Shown: positions 26,831 through 39,869 of the stretch, piece by piece
How positions within the stretch are numbered: position 1 is the first letter of the stretch
Layout: the number at the start of each line of letters is the position of its first letter
Origin: Octopus bimaculoides
Taxonomy: Eukaryota
Length of the DNA: 63,605 bases
Assembly (NCBI RefSeq): GCF_001194135.2
Contig: NC_068989.1
Span: 49,450,980 to 49,514,584 of the forward strand
Direction: 5' to 3'
Made by a program: the position numbers and the translations under genes
Notes under the pieces: generated by a model
Told to the model about the DNA's origin: nothing
What the model saw: the letters and a program-made list of their open reading frames with translations, nothing else
Databases searched by the model: none

Positions 26831-28496
26831 CACACACNNNNNNNNNNNNNNNNNNNNNNNNNNNNNNNNNNNNNNNTTTTTTTTTTTTTTTTTTTTTTCT
26901 CTTATATTCTTACATTTAATTTCTCACACATACATGTACACATTTTGTTCGCTTCTTATTTGTTAATGTTTTCTAAGTTCATAAAAAGAGTTCATCATCA
27001 GTATGCATGACTTGAAAGGGTTAAAGATAATAGTGTACATTTATCTTATTTCATTGGCAAGCAATGTCATGAATAACCAAACTATTCTAACATATACAAA
27101 ATTAAATCAAATTGGTTTCTTTAAAAAGGTCTGGGATTCAACAAAAAAAATAAAAAATAAAATAGAATAAAGCAAATAAATAAAATTCATACAATAATTT
27201 ACTTTATACAGATTTAATTATAATGATATTTAATAACCTGTAAATTCCTACAAATATAAATGTCACTATCTTTAAACGCTATATAACATAGCAACTAAGT
27301 TTAATTCAATTTCATAGCTCAAAAGTTGATTACCTCAATTTGACCAATCTGCCCTCTCTCTAAGCTTATTTCAATAATCATGATAAATTTATAAGTGGCA
27401 TAATGCATATAATAATGCAATAATTTCTATTTTCAGATTTTTCTACTTCAAATAAGGAGGAATGTGGGAAAAGAAAAAGAGAAAAGAATGCGATAACTGT
27501 ACACTATCTTAATCTGAATAGTATTTAATATATTTCTCTCGCCACTAACCAAAAGGTTAATAATTTTCCTTAAATATTACTCAATTATTTTTTCTCCTCA
27601 TTCTAACTATACATACATACATCCATAGATACCTCAATCCATATATATGTACGTATAAACACACAAAGGTATCATTACTATTATTATCATTATTATTGTC
27701 ATCAAGAATTTACTTCCATTCTGGAATTATATTTAGCAAATTGTAAAATTCCTTTCCAATTAAGATTCGTCAAATGCTGCTGAAATAGAAACAACATAAT
27801 CTATATCAATGGATATAAATATCGTTGCAAAAATAATGTTTTCAAATTTGGGACAATTTTAACAGTCTGCTTCAAATACTAAATTCAGAAATGTTCAGTT
27901 TGCATCTACCAAGATGCAAAATAGAAAGTCTATTGAATATACTGAAAGTTATAACTGAACACAAGAGAAACCCCAGAGGAAATACAAGTTCCATCCAATT
28001 ACACTTGACCATATCAATCAAGTTTCTGCTCTGATGAAATTCAAAGAGAAATGCATCATTTGATACTCTTGGCATGGAACCAATCAATGATACAATTAAG
28101 TATTTAAAGAAGGAAGCAGCATCGATAAGAATCTAGCATCACGACAGCGTTTTCGCGGCATGATGCTTGCTAATGGTTCCCGCCTCTTCACTCACGAACA
28201 AACACATCTGCCTGCTAAAATATAGAAAGACTTAAGTTCTAATCTATTTTAGTAAACTGATTTCATTTCATTACCAATGTATTTTGTCAGATTATGGCAA
28301 GAAGATATTTTCTCCTTGTAAAAAAAAAAAAAAATATCTGAATATTATTACATTAATCCTTAGTGAATACAGCTAAATCAAAATATATTTACAAACTTCT
28401 ATGAGGCTGACAGATATTGTAGCCGAGAAAATTCATGATAAGAAAATACAGTTCAATCACTGCCATTTTTTTTCCTTTTATTTTTAAGTGTTTTAA

Positions 28497-28534
<38 letters not shown>

Positions 28535-31500
28535 CAGAGCTTCCATGAATGATATGGTTTTCTCTTGGAGAAATTGATTTTACACTCGGATACCCTTTCT
28601 ACTAGTGTCCACTCAGCCATGAGGTAGGAATGGTATCTGATTTTGTTCGTCAGGTAAACTGGAGCAATCAAAGTTATTGGGCATGCCGAGGAACACAATA
28701 TACAATCGCTATAGTAAGCTTTAAAATTACAGTCATGTTTTCTGTAGTTCAACACCTGAATGCCATTGCAAATTATGGTGCATTAAACTCAGATTAAAAG
28801 CCAAAAATAGATAGAATAATCCAGTGTATTACATTAAGTATCAAAAAATATATTACAAACTGTGTTGATCATAATGTGAATAGCATCAAAATTGCACTAC
28901 ATGTGTTATTCCAATATACTGAATGAGCATCTATTTTCAAATTATGAGCAACAAAAATTATTCTTCTCAAGGTACAAATACAAAAATAATTATCTTATTT
29001 TCAAATCACTGAATATTTTGTCAAATTAGTGTTTCTTTGTATGAATTTAAGCAATGAAGCATATATACAGTGAGAGAACATTGATTTTTAAATTAAGTAG
29101 ATTTTGTCCTAGAAATAATTGAAGTTTCAGATTATATTTTATTTTCTTTCTAATATCTGTGCCATAAATTGTTAATATACATCATCCACTGGAAAGGAAC
29201 ACCAAATGCATTTTGAATAATGGTTACAGGAATTTTATAAAGCTTCATTACACACACACACACACACACACACATCATTGTTTATTGTTTAGTGTGTGTA
29301 TATGCGTGTATGTATGTGTATATATAGAGTGTGGGGGGAGAGAGAGAGAGAGAGAAAGAGAGAGATTGAAAGAAAGAGAGACAGACTAACAGAGATATAA
29401 GGTCCAGGTACAAAGTTATCTGTTCTTGTTGAAGTGTCCAACCCATGCCAGTACAGAAAAGGTGACATTAAATGTGGATATACACACATTATACATATGC
29501 ACACACATACACATAACCTTGTACATACACACATGCACACGTACACACATTATACATATATATATATATATTTACATGAATACATACACATAAATACAAT
29601 AATCCAATAGAGAGATGTATATACATGTATGGGGATGTGTGTGAAGGGGTGTACATACGTGTGTGTGTGTGCATGTGTGTGAATAAATTCTCTAAAAGAA
29701 GAAAAATGACAAATTGATTTGTAAAATGATTACCAGATATCCCAAACCTACCACATTTGATATAAACTTCATTCTAAAAATATTTTATACCAATATTGGC
29801 TGTCAAAAGTCAATAGTAAAATGCTTGCTAGTCATGTTAAGTTTGATCAAGAAAGATCAATGAAGATACAAGCAATCTAACCAGTTTAGATAAATCTAGA
29901 GCTGATTTCCTTTTATAAATCCCACTACCACACCACCAGCACCAGAAAAGCCACCACTATCCATTCCAGCAATCATTATCACCAACTCCACCAATAAAAT
30001 TAGTTGTAAGATCGTAACTTATTCCCCAGCATCATAAGTAATTAACCATTTGGTAAATGGTTTGTTGTTATTGGCATTTCACATTGAACGAGTTTTGCAA
30101 TATTGACAGCTGCATAAGGTAGATTCAGGCAGCAGCTGCTTCATAAAGCCCATTCACAAATGAGGAAAGAACATTTGTGAAGCATCTTAGCAGTGGAATC
30201 GACAAACTCTCTGAAAAACTCACATATAAATTGTGTTGTTATTTAAACTACTTGAAGGAGAATTTTACATGTCTAGAGAAAATTATAATGCAGAATTTAA
30301 TCCTTTAAAATAAGCTATCTTTAATAGATTTTCAAACATTCCACAATACCAACTTCCAAAATTGAGGAAGATATGTAAGTAGTGCAGAGCTAGTTTGGAT
30401 GTTTTACATAATCTGATGTTTAAATTGCAGAAAACAACATTGATCTTTTTCTTTACAAGTCTGATCAAAGAAATGCCTCTATAATATACTAAGATTTAGT
30501 CAATTCACTCAGAAAGAAATCAATATTTATTGCTATGCACATTGAAATGACCAAGAACAATAGTCTATTATCAAGCATTATCATTTTTTTTTTAATTCTT
30601 TTTTGTCTAGATCACATAGTAACACAATGCAAACAATAGGTGAGTTGGCTGTTTTAAAATAATTTGCAGTATATCACTTGCTTTAAATTTAATCCAGTCA
30701 CCTAGTATCTAGATCAATCTCTTGTAACTCTCATCTCAAATCATGTTTGGAGACAACTTTGTGTTTTGCTGTTCCAGGAGATTGATGAAGTAACTACCAG
30801 TAATATTCTGGAGTGAATTAAGTAAAACATGCTCTTATCCGAGCAAAATTAGTTTTATGATTCATCTAGGAAGTAAATCATTCGTAATGAAATAAGACAT
30901 TTTGCTTTTGCACTTATCAGTTTCTCCTGCACTTATACGTTATTGAATATGTCCACACCCCCTGAAGCCATGTGTCAATCTTAGAGCAATTCACAGATTA
31001 GTAACATTGACCACCATCATGTGCTAGACATAAAATAATCCCTGGCTTATCCGCAAGCAATACGGGTTACATGTGCTTAGTATAAATAATCTTTGGATTA
31101 GCAAAGAAATAAACGTGCAATGACTTTCCAACTACAAGATGATTTTAGAAAGAAACAAAAACAAGGTAATAACAACAACACTGGCAAAAACGTAAAGTAA
31201 AACTGAATTATATCTTCTTCAAAAACAAAACAAAATTTAAAAATTGTAAAAATAGTATAAAAAAAAAGAAAGAAACATGAACATTTTGCAAATTGTATTC
31301 AAATTAAGTTCATAGATAAAGGATTGAGAAGAAAAGCTGTATAACATAATAAAAGTAATGCAATGAAGGCAAAGCAGAAAATGGAAATAAGTGAAAAAGA
31401 AAATGAAAGAAGAAAACCAGCAACTTATAAACGTTACAACTAATATCAGCTAATGCAACATAAATACGTTTAAATCTCACTGTATATTTTCTCTTGAATT

Positions 31501-31959
31501 ACCAAGTGAAACAGAAGTTTCTGATTACATAGCTCTTTTTCTTTCCCTAATTGACATGCATGTTTGTTAGTGTTTTGTCGATAAAAATGACAACTCTAAG
31601 TAAGTGACAAGAATTTTCTTCTCTCATAGCACTTTTCTTCTTGCTCAGAAACTGGAAGACAACAATTTCAATTCCTCTTCTGTTGTTTCCAAATATCTGG
31701 CATGAGTTGCAGGTTAAATCAGTTCATTTTATTGATTCCAATTTTACAAAATTTTGTTTTACTTTGGTTCTCTTTAAAAGGAAGTTTACCTGACACAGAA
31801 CCACATAAGTTACTAATGTGCAATCATTCTCACAGAATAACAAGTATTAAAAGCAAAACAAAAGAAGTAGCTATGACAGTTAAAATGCTTGAACAATTGG
31901 TAATAATAACAGATACATTTTAACCTAAAATTAATTTGTAATTTACCTTTCACTAGTTT

Positions 31960-32290
31960 CAGTCATTGGACTGTGGTCTTACTAGGGCACCTTGCTGAGG
32001 AATCTTTTTCTTTTTAAAGCCTGGTACTTATTTTATTGGTCTCTGTTGCTTAACTGCTAAGTTACTGGTATGTAAACAAGCCAACACTGGTTGTCAAGTG
32101 GTGGTGAATGACAAACACAGATGCAAACACAACACACACACACACACACAGATATACATGATGGGCTTCTTGCAGTTTCCATCTACCAAATCCATTCACA
32201 AGGCTTTGGTCAGCCTGAGGCTATAGTAAAAGACGCTTGCCCAAGATGCCATGCAGTAGGACTGAATCTGGAACCGTATGGTTAGGAAGC
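31960..32290 (-). mobile_element. SINE family A
   Basis: Reverse-complement homology including a (CA)n tract. Confidence 0.8.
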
Positions 32291-33689
32291 ACACTACAGA
32301 AGAAAATTCTTATTGGTCAATGTAAACACTTTAAATCGTGTTCTAAAAGTTAAAATCAGAATCAGAAATATAGTGCAAAAAGATGTGCACAAAAAAAAAA
32401 AATGGGTGAGCATTACAAAATAATATATGTGTCTTAGGAATAAATTCAGTGGCCAGAAATTGAAGATAGTTTATTTATCACTATTTGAGTAAAAAACAAT
32501 CAGTGGTACCTACATTCTTTACTGTCCCTTACTTGAAAAACAATTGAAGGTTGGTGATAGTAGGAGCACCTGACTATAAAATCCAAACTCAAAATCAATT
32601 TCAGTCATGAGTGGACGGCCATCATATATATNNNNNNNNNNNNNNNNNNNNNNNNNNNNNNNNNNNNNNNNNNNNNNNNNNNNNNNNNNNNNNNNNNNNN
32701 NNNNNNNNNNNNNNNNNNNNNNNNNNNNNNNNNNNNNNNNNNNNNNNNNNNNNNNNNNNNNNNNNNNNNNNNNNNNNNNNNNNNNNNNNNNNNNNNNNNN
32801 NNNNNNNNNNNNNNNNNNNNNNNNNNNNNNNNNNNNNNNNNNNNNNNNNNNNNNNNNNNNNNNNNNNNNNNNNNNNNNNNNNNNNNNNNNNNNNNNNNNN
32901 NNNNNNNNNNNNNNNNNNNNNNNNNNNNNNNNNNNNNNNNNNNNNNNNNNNNNNNNNNNNNNNNNNNNNNNNNNNNNNNNNNNNNNNNNNNNNNNNNNNN
33001 NNNNNNNNNNNNNNNNNNNNNNNNNNNNNNNNNNNNNNNNNNNNNNNNNNNNNNNNNNNNNNNNNNNNNNNNNNNNNNNNNNNNNNNNNNNNNNNNNNNN
33101 NNNNNNNNNNNNNNNNNNNNNNNNNNNNNNNNNNNNNNNNNNNNNNNNNNNNNNNNNNNNNNNNNNNNNNNNNNNNNNNNNNNNNNNNNNNNNNNNNNNN
33201 NNNNNNNNNNNNNNNNNNNNNNNNNNNNNNNNNNNNNNNNNNNNNNNNNNNNNNNNNNNNNNNNNNNNNNNNNNNNNNNTTTAAATGTCAAATATATTTT
33301 GCTTTTAATCTAAATGTAACTGTTAAAAATGCCTTGTCTAGTGCAGAAGGTGACCACAAACAATTATGTTAATCAAAAAAAGATTTTTTTCTTTTCCTTT
33401 TATTAGACATCAAATGTTCGAACAAAAAAAAAAAATCTTATCAGCTAGACAAAAATAACAGGCTACAATCAAGAAGTTACAGGAGTCTGATAATAGTATA
33501 TGTCTGTAGCATGTGTTAGAAGCATCAATGTGTAGAAAAGAAATGTGATTAAAGGGAATTAATTGAATATGCATTTTGATGAAGATGTACAATAAGAATA
33601 TACAAAATAATCTAGGCAGAAGGAACAGGTTATGTAAAAGAAACAGGTCTGTATTAGCGCAGGTATGCTGAATGTATAAATACTACACT

Positions 33690-34055
33690 CTCGGGTTTTG
33701 TGGTAAGAAGTTTGCTGTCCAACTATATGAATCTGGGTCCAATTTCATTGCATGGCACCTAGAGTGTTTTCTGTGATAGCCTCAGGCTGACCAAAGCTTT
33801 GAGAGAAAAAGCCCATCTTATGTGTGTGAGTGTACCTTTGTATTTATCCCCTACCACTGCTTGATGGCCAGTGTTGTTTTGTTAATGTCCTCGTAATTTA
33901 GTAGTTCAGCAAAAAGAAACTGATTGAATAACTATCAGACTTAAAAAAAAATTTTTTAATGATATTGGGGCCAATTTTTTAAATGATACTGGGGCCAACC
34001 CTTGAAGGCATGCCCCAGCATGACCACAGTTTAATGACTGAAACATAAAAAGATT
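33690..34055 (+). mobile_element. SINE family A
   Basis: tgtggtaagaagtttgc...aatgactgaaac. Confidence 0.75.
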
Positions 34056-34134
34056 AATAAAAAAAGAGACATGCAGTAGATTAAACTGAGGATGTTATGC
34101 TTAGTAGTCAAAATAACCTATGATAGAAATGATT

Positions 34135-34480
34135 CTTTTATTCTTTTACTCGTTTCAGTCATTTGCCTGCAGCCATGCTGGAGTGCTACCTCAGGGCTTT
34201 CTATTGGTCTGTTTTGCCGAACTGTTAAGTTATAAAGACATAAACACACCAACATCGGTTGTCAAGCAATGGTGGAGGTGGTAGGGACAAATACAGACAC
34301 CAAGACACACACACACACATATATATATATATACCATGGGCTTCTTTCAGTTTCCATCTATCAAATCCACTCACAAAGCTTTAGTCAGCCCGAGGCTATA
34401 GTGGAAGACACTTGTATAAGGTGTTATGTAGTGGGACTGAACCCAGAACCATGTGATTGGGAAGCAATTATGTCTGCACC
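34135..34480 (-). mobile_element. SINE family A
   Basis: ttcttttactcgtttcagtc...gattgggaagc; inverted relative to the adjacent copy. Confidence 0.8.
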
Positions 34481-34589
34481 TATGTAATTTTTTAATTTAT
34501 TATTTAATTTTTGATATTAAATTAAATACAGAAGACAGAAAATTCCATGCAACTACTAAAAAAAGGAGTAAAAGTAATTATTTTCTTTA

Positions 34590-36030
34590 CTGCAGACTCA
34601 AAGCCAGAAATTTGGAGAGGAGAGTTAGTTAAAGCGACTGATTCCAGTACTTAACCAATATTTAATTTTATTGACCCCTAGATGGTTTTGAATGTAGATC
34701 CCACTGAGGATGAATAGCAACATTGGCCTCAGTGAGATACTTTTAGCATTTCTACCAATCCAACAACTTTAATAAGAGTAATAATCCTTTCTACTAAAGG
34801 CACAAGCTCTGAAATTTGGGGGAGGGGAATAGTCGGTTACATCGACCCCCCCTCCCCCAGTATTCCACTGGTACTTAATTTATTGACCCTGAAAGGATGA
34901 AAAGCAAAGTTGACCTCAGCGGAATTTGAACTCAGAACGTAAAGACAGACAAAATGCCACTTTTGCCCAGCGTACTGACGATTCTGCCAGCGTACTGACG
35001 ATTCTGCCAGCTTACAGCCTTAACAATAATAGTAATCTTTTCACTATAGGCACAGGCCTGAAATGTGGAGGAATGAGACTTGTCAATTACATCAATCCCA
35101 GTGCTCAACTGGTGCTTTTTCATTGATTCCATAACGAGGAACAAAGTCGGACTTGGCAGAGTTTGAACTCAGGACATAAAGACAGATGGCTAGCAATTTT
35201 GAAGAGAAGGAACAAGTCAATTATATTATCACTAGTAGCTGACTGGTACTTCATTTTACTAACCCCAAAAGGATGAGGGGCAGAGTTAATTTGGATGGGA
35301 TTTGAATTCAAAAGAAATGTCACTAAGCATTTTCTCCAATGCACCGGGAAGTCTGCCAGCTCATAATAAGGGTTTCAAATTTTGGTTCACGGCCAACACT
35401 TTTTGAAGGGATTGGAAAGTTGATTACATCAACCCCAGTACTTGACTAGAACTTATTTTATTGCCCTGAAATGATGAAAGACAAAGTTAACTTGACCTCA
35501 GCAAAATTTGAACTCAGAGTGTAAAATGGTTGAAATGTAGCAAACATTACATTTGGCATGGTAATAATTCAGCCAGCTTGTCACTTTAATGATGATAATA
35601 ATAATGGTTTCAAATTTTGGCACAGGGCCAACAGTTTATGAGGGCTGGGGGAAGTGAATTACATCAACTCCAGTACTTGACTGGTACTTACTTTATCGAC
35701 CTTGAAAGGATGAACAGTAAAGTCAACCTTGGTGGAAATTGAACTCAAAACATAGACAGGCATGCTGACGGTTCTGCCAGCCCACCATTTTATAATAATA
35801 ACAATAATAATAATTGTTATTGCTATTTAGGCACAAGGCAATAATCATTAGAGGAGGGGTTTAGTTAATACCACAAACCTCAGTACTTGACAAATACTTT
35901 AGTTTATTAGCCCTGGAGAAATAAAAGACAAAGTTGACCTCAATAGAATTTGAACTCAGAGCATAGAGAGCTAAAAGAAATAAGAAAATGAAGTTGTCTG
36001 ATACTAACAATTCTGCCAGACTGCCACCTG
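34590..36030 (-). repeat. Head-to-tail array of about 7 family B SINE copies
   Basis: Recurrent ggcacaagg...ctggtactt...tttgaactcag...ctgccagc units starting near 34595, 34799, 35049, 35190, 35385, 35620 and 35829, several separated by (AAT)n-like tracts. Confidence 0.8.
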
Positions 36031-36689
36031 CCAATATGTTGTTGAAAATGTGTTTAAAATACTAGTGTTATCCGGATATAAACATAAGTATGTGAATAAC
36101 AAGGTTAATATATATCATTTGAGAAGAACTGCTGTTAGCAATAAAACAATTCTGTCTGCAGAAGAAAGCTTTATAATATTAGAAGTTGTGTGATGCTAAA
36201 TAGTAATAAAATATAACCTATGGACAGAATGAGTGCAATATAATCTTTTGGATGGGTCATGTTAGAATTTTAGAAAAGCTGGCAATTTGCAACTGCATAT
36301 CAAAAGATATTGGTTGAAACATGTAAGAGATAATTGCTTGTATTAGCAACTATAAACAAAGATACATGCTGAAGAAAAAAACTGGTACAGGTTATATTGT
36401 ATCTGAAAAGATTGGGTTTTACAATAACTGAGTTAAGAGAACACTGACTTGCAGACCTATCCAACCCATAATGGGAACAAAAAGTGGATATTGAAGTTAC
36501 AACATACACAAAGAAAACTTCCACCAAATTACCGATAAGTCCAACAACTGCCAATAATCATACATCTGTAACTACTGCAACACTCCATAATAAATGTGTT
36601 TTTCACCAAAATCAAGATTAAAAGGTAAATATAATAATAGTACATGGTATTAGGTTGTGAAGTTTTTCCCCACCCACCCATTATCATCA

Positions 36690-36950
36690 TCATCATTTAA
36701 CATCTGTTTTCAATGCTGGCATGGGTTGCAGGCTTTGACAGGAGCTGGCAACTCTGAAGAGTACACTAGGCTTCATTGTCTGCTTTGGCATGATTTCCTG
36801 GCTGGATGCCCTTCTTAATGCCAAACACTTCACAGAGTGTACTGTGTGCTTTTTACATGACACTAGCACCAGTGGGGTCACCAAGTAACCTGCAAGACAA
36901 AGACCCTTCATTGGGAGGTGGAGTAGTATTGAGGGAGGTGGCTTTGTGCC
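36690..36950 (-). mobile_element. Repeat family C
   Basis: Reverse-complement homolog preceded by (CAT)n. Confidence 0.75.
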
Positions 36951-37089
36951 AGTTGAGAGGTCAAAGTATAATAAAGAGATAGAAATAGGTGTCTTGCTAT
37001 AGACACCTATTTCTATCTACTGGTATTAATAAATAAACAAATAATATAATAATGCAGTGATATTTTTTAGATTAATTATTATATGACAG

Positions 37090-37368
37090 TGTAGTAACGC
37101 CTGCGCATGCGTAGAATTAATAAAGCAAGCGTTTCCCACTCAATTCATTCTCTTTCTCGCTGGCCAGCGATTGAGCATGGACGTGTGTTTAAAGCTGTCT
37201 CTACATCTTTCGGTCTTATACTCGACAGCTCGTTATTCTCACCTCTAAAGATGTATAACTAAAAGATTTGTATGTTTATCACCTAAATAAATGTTGTTTG
37301 AGTTGTTTAGTCTGGAGTTCAGCGTTCCGTCTATTTCTTTAATTTTATAGTAGAAAGTCAGGTATACA
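37090..37368 (+). mobile_element. CpG-rich insertion, possible solo LTR
   Basis: Starts TGTAGT, ends TACA, retains many CpGs in a CpG-poor neighbourhood; no clean TSD found. Confidence 0.35.
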
Positions 37369-37569
37369 ATCTAAAGATGTATAACCCACTTTCTACTAAA
37401 ACAGCATCACCATTAACATTTTAACATACACTTTCCATAAACTAAGTACCAGTGAAACACTGGGGTTGATGTAATTGACTAGTTCCTCCCCCCCCCCACA
37501 AATTTCAGGCTTTGTGCCTTCACTAGAAAGAATTATTATCAGTATTACCATAGTAGTTGTTGCTGCAAT

Positions 37570-37770
37570 GTAGCAAGTTGGCACAATCACAAGAGTGTCA
37601 GAAAAGAATGATTCGTGGCAGTTTTTCTATCACATTAGATTTTGAGTTCAAATTCTGCCGAGGTTAACTTTGCTGAGGTTAAATTTCAGGATTGATAAAG
37701 ATAAAGTACCAGTAACATACATGAGTCAATGGTATCAATTAACTTCCTCTCCTCAAAATTGCTAGCATTG
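37570..37770 (+). mobile_element. SINE family B
   Basis: gcaagttggcac...tgagttcaaattctgccgagg. Confidence 0.7.
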
Positions 37771-38125
37771 TGTATGGCTGTATGGTAAGAAGCTTGCTTC
37801 CCAACTACATGTTTCTGGGTTCAGTCCCACTGTGTTGCACCTCAGGTCAACCAAAGCCTTGTGAGTAGATTTGGTAGACAGAAACTGAAAGAAGCCTGTC
37901 GTACAAATATGTATATATTTTTATGTGTCTTTATGTTTGTCTTCCCACACCATTGCTTGACAACTAGTGTCAGTGTGTTTATATCCCTGTAAATTATCGG
38001 TTTGACAAAAGGGAGTCATAAAGTACCAGGCTTACAAACAATAAGTCCTGAGGTTGATTTCTTTGACTAAAAGGCAGTGTTCCAGCATGGCTAGTCTAAT
38101 GACAAACAAGTAAAAGAATAAAAGA
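37770..38125 (+). mobile_element. SINE family A
   Basis: ggctgtatggtaagaagcttgcttccc...aagtaaaagaataaaaga. Confidence 0.8.
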
Positions 38126-39129
38126 ATTATTATTACTACTATTATTATTGTAATAGTAGTTATGGCAGCAGCAGCAGTAGTAAAATAATATATCTATATA
38201 CAAACAATACCAGTAATTATAATGATATTGATAACAATACAGATGGGAAAGTCAATATGAATAATACTAATAAAACGTTCTTTATTGTTAGTATCTTTAA
38301 TGTTTTATTAGTGTTATTAACAATGTCAATAACATTATGATTACTGGTATTATTAGTGCGTATATGTACTATTTTACAACTAGAACTGCTTCTTTTACTG
38401 ACTTTACTGCTACTACTGTCACAATAACTACTGTAGTAGTAGTAGGAGGAGGAGGAGGAGGGGTAGTGGTAGTAGTACAGGGGTATGCACTGTAACAATA
38501 CACCACTGTGCATCCACTATTTAATGATTCTCTACACCTGGCAGATAAGATCGTTACACCTCTCAGGCAACAACCCTCCACCTCATGAATCTGTTTCGGT
38601 GGTCGTTGCTGGTGAGGATTTTACAAGGTCAGAGTGCAATTCCTGCCTCAACCTCTCATGCAGAGAAAATGCATCTTTTTTTTTTTTTTGTTTTACTGGT
38701 TCTCACACAGCACTAGAGCAATGTGAAATGAAGGATTTTGCTCAAGAACATAACATGCTACCTGGACCTGGAATTGAACTCACAATCTAGCTACCATGAG
38801 TGCAACACCATAATGACAAGGCTACATGCCTTCACACTGTATGAAATGGTGAAATTCCAATGGAGCAATGAACTGGTTTTCATTCCTAATTAAAACCATT
38901 TCACACACCGTTAATGCACTTGAATGAAAACATAAAATTATAGTACCATACTTCACAGAAGATATTCTGGTTTACTAACACCAGTCATTTTCCTCATTAT
39001 TACTGTTACAAAGATGGACACCAAGGCAAAATAGATAAGAAGTCTCCAAAGTAGATCATGGTACCCCAAGCAATCTTTGAATAACATCAACAACGATAAC
39101 AAAAATAATTTCTTTTTGTAATATGTAAT

Positions 39130-39340
39130 AAAGTGGCAAGCCCGCAGAATTGTTAGCATATCAAGCAACAAGCTTAGTGTCATTTCTTCCATCTTCAAAT
39201 TTCACTGAGGTCAACTTTTCCCTTCATCCTTTCAGGGTTGATAAAATAAGTACCAGTTGAGCACTAGGGGTTGATGTAATTGACTTATCTCCTCCCCAAA
39301 ATTGATGGCCCTGTACCAAAATTTGAAACCAGTATGTAAT
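39130..39340 (+). mobile_element. SINE family B
   Basis: gtggcaagcccgcagaattgttagc...ggccctgtacc. Confidence 0.75.
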
Positions 39341-39437
39341 ATGTGACTTACAAAATCTACTTATATATAAATAAGGTCTACAACATATACTGAGTGATTT
39401 CTCAAGTTTGTACATCCAAATGCATCGATGTATATGC

Positions 39438-39600
39438 ATAGATGCGGGCATGGCTGTGTGGTTAGGAAACTTGCTTCCCAGCTACATGGTTTCAGGTTCA
39501 GTCCCACCACATGGCACCTTGGGCAAGTGTCTTCTGCTATAGCCCCAGGCCGACCAAAGCTTTGTGATTTAATTTGGTAGGCGGAAGTTACTGCCGCGTG
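39438..39600 (+). mobile_element. SINE family A (5' part)
   Basis: gcgggcatggctgtgtggttaggaaacttgcttccc...ggccgaccaaagc. Confidence 0.8.
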
Positions 39601-39830
39601 TGTATATGTCTGTGTATGTGCTTGTGCCTCTCTCCGAAAGAGAGAGAGAGAGGGATATACATATAATGTTTGTGTGTATGTATATATTTATATATATATA
39701 CATATATACATATATATATATACATATATANNNNNNNNNNNNNNNNNNNNNNNNNNNNNNNNNNNNNNNNNNNNNNNNNNNNNNNNNNNNNNNNNNNNNN
39801 NNNNNNNNNNNNNNNNNNNNNNNNNNNNNN

Positions 39831-39869
<39 letters not shown>

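Noticed and set aside
34590-36030. CRISPR-like repeat-spacer periodicity
   Set aside because: Units are about 200-bp diverged SINEs in eukaryotic DNA; no short identical repeats with unique spacers and no cas genes.
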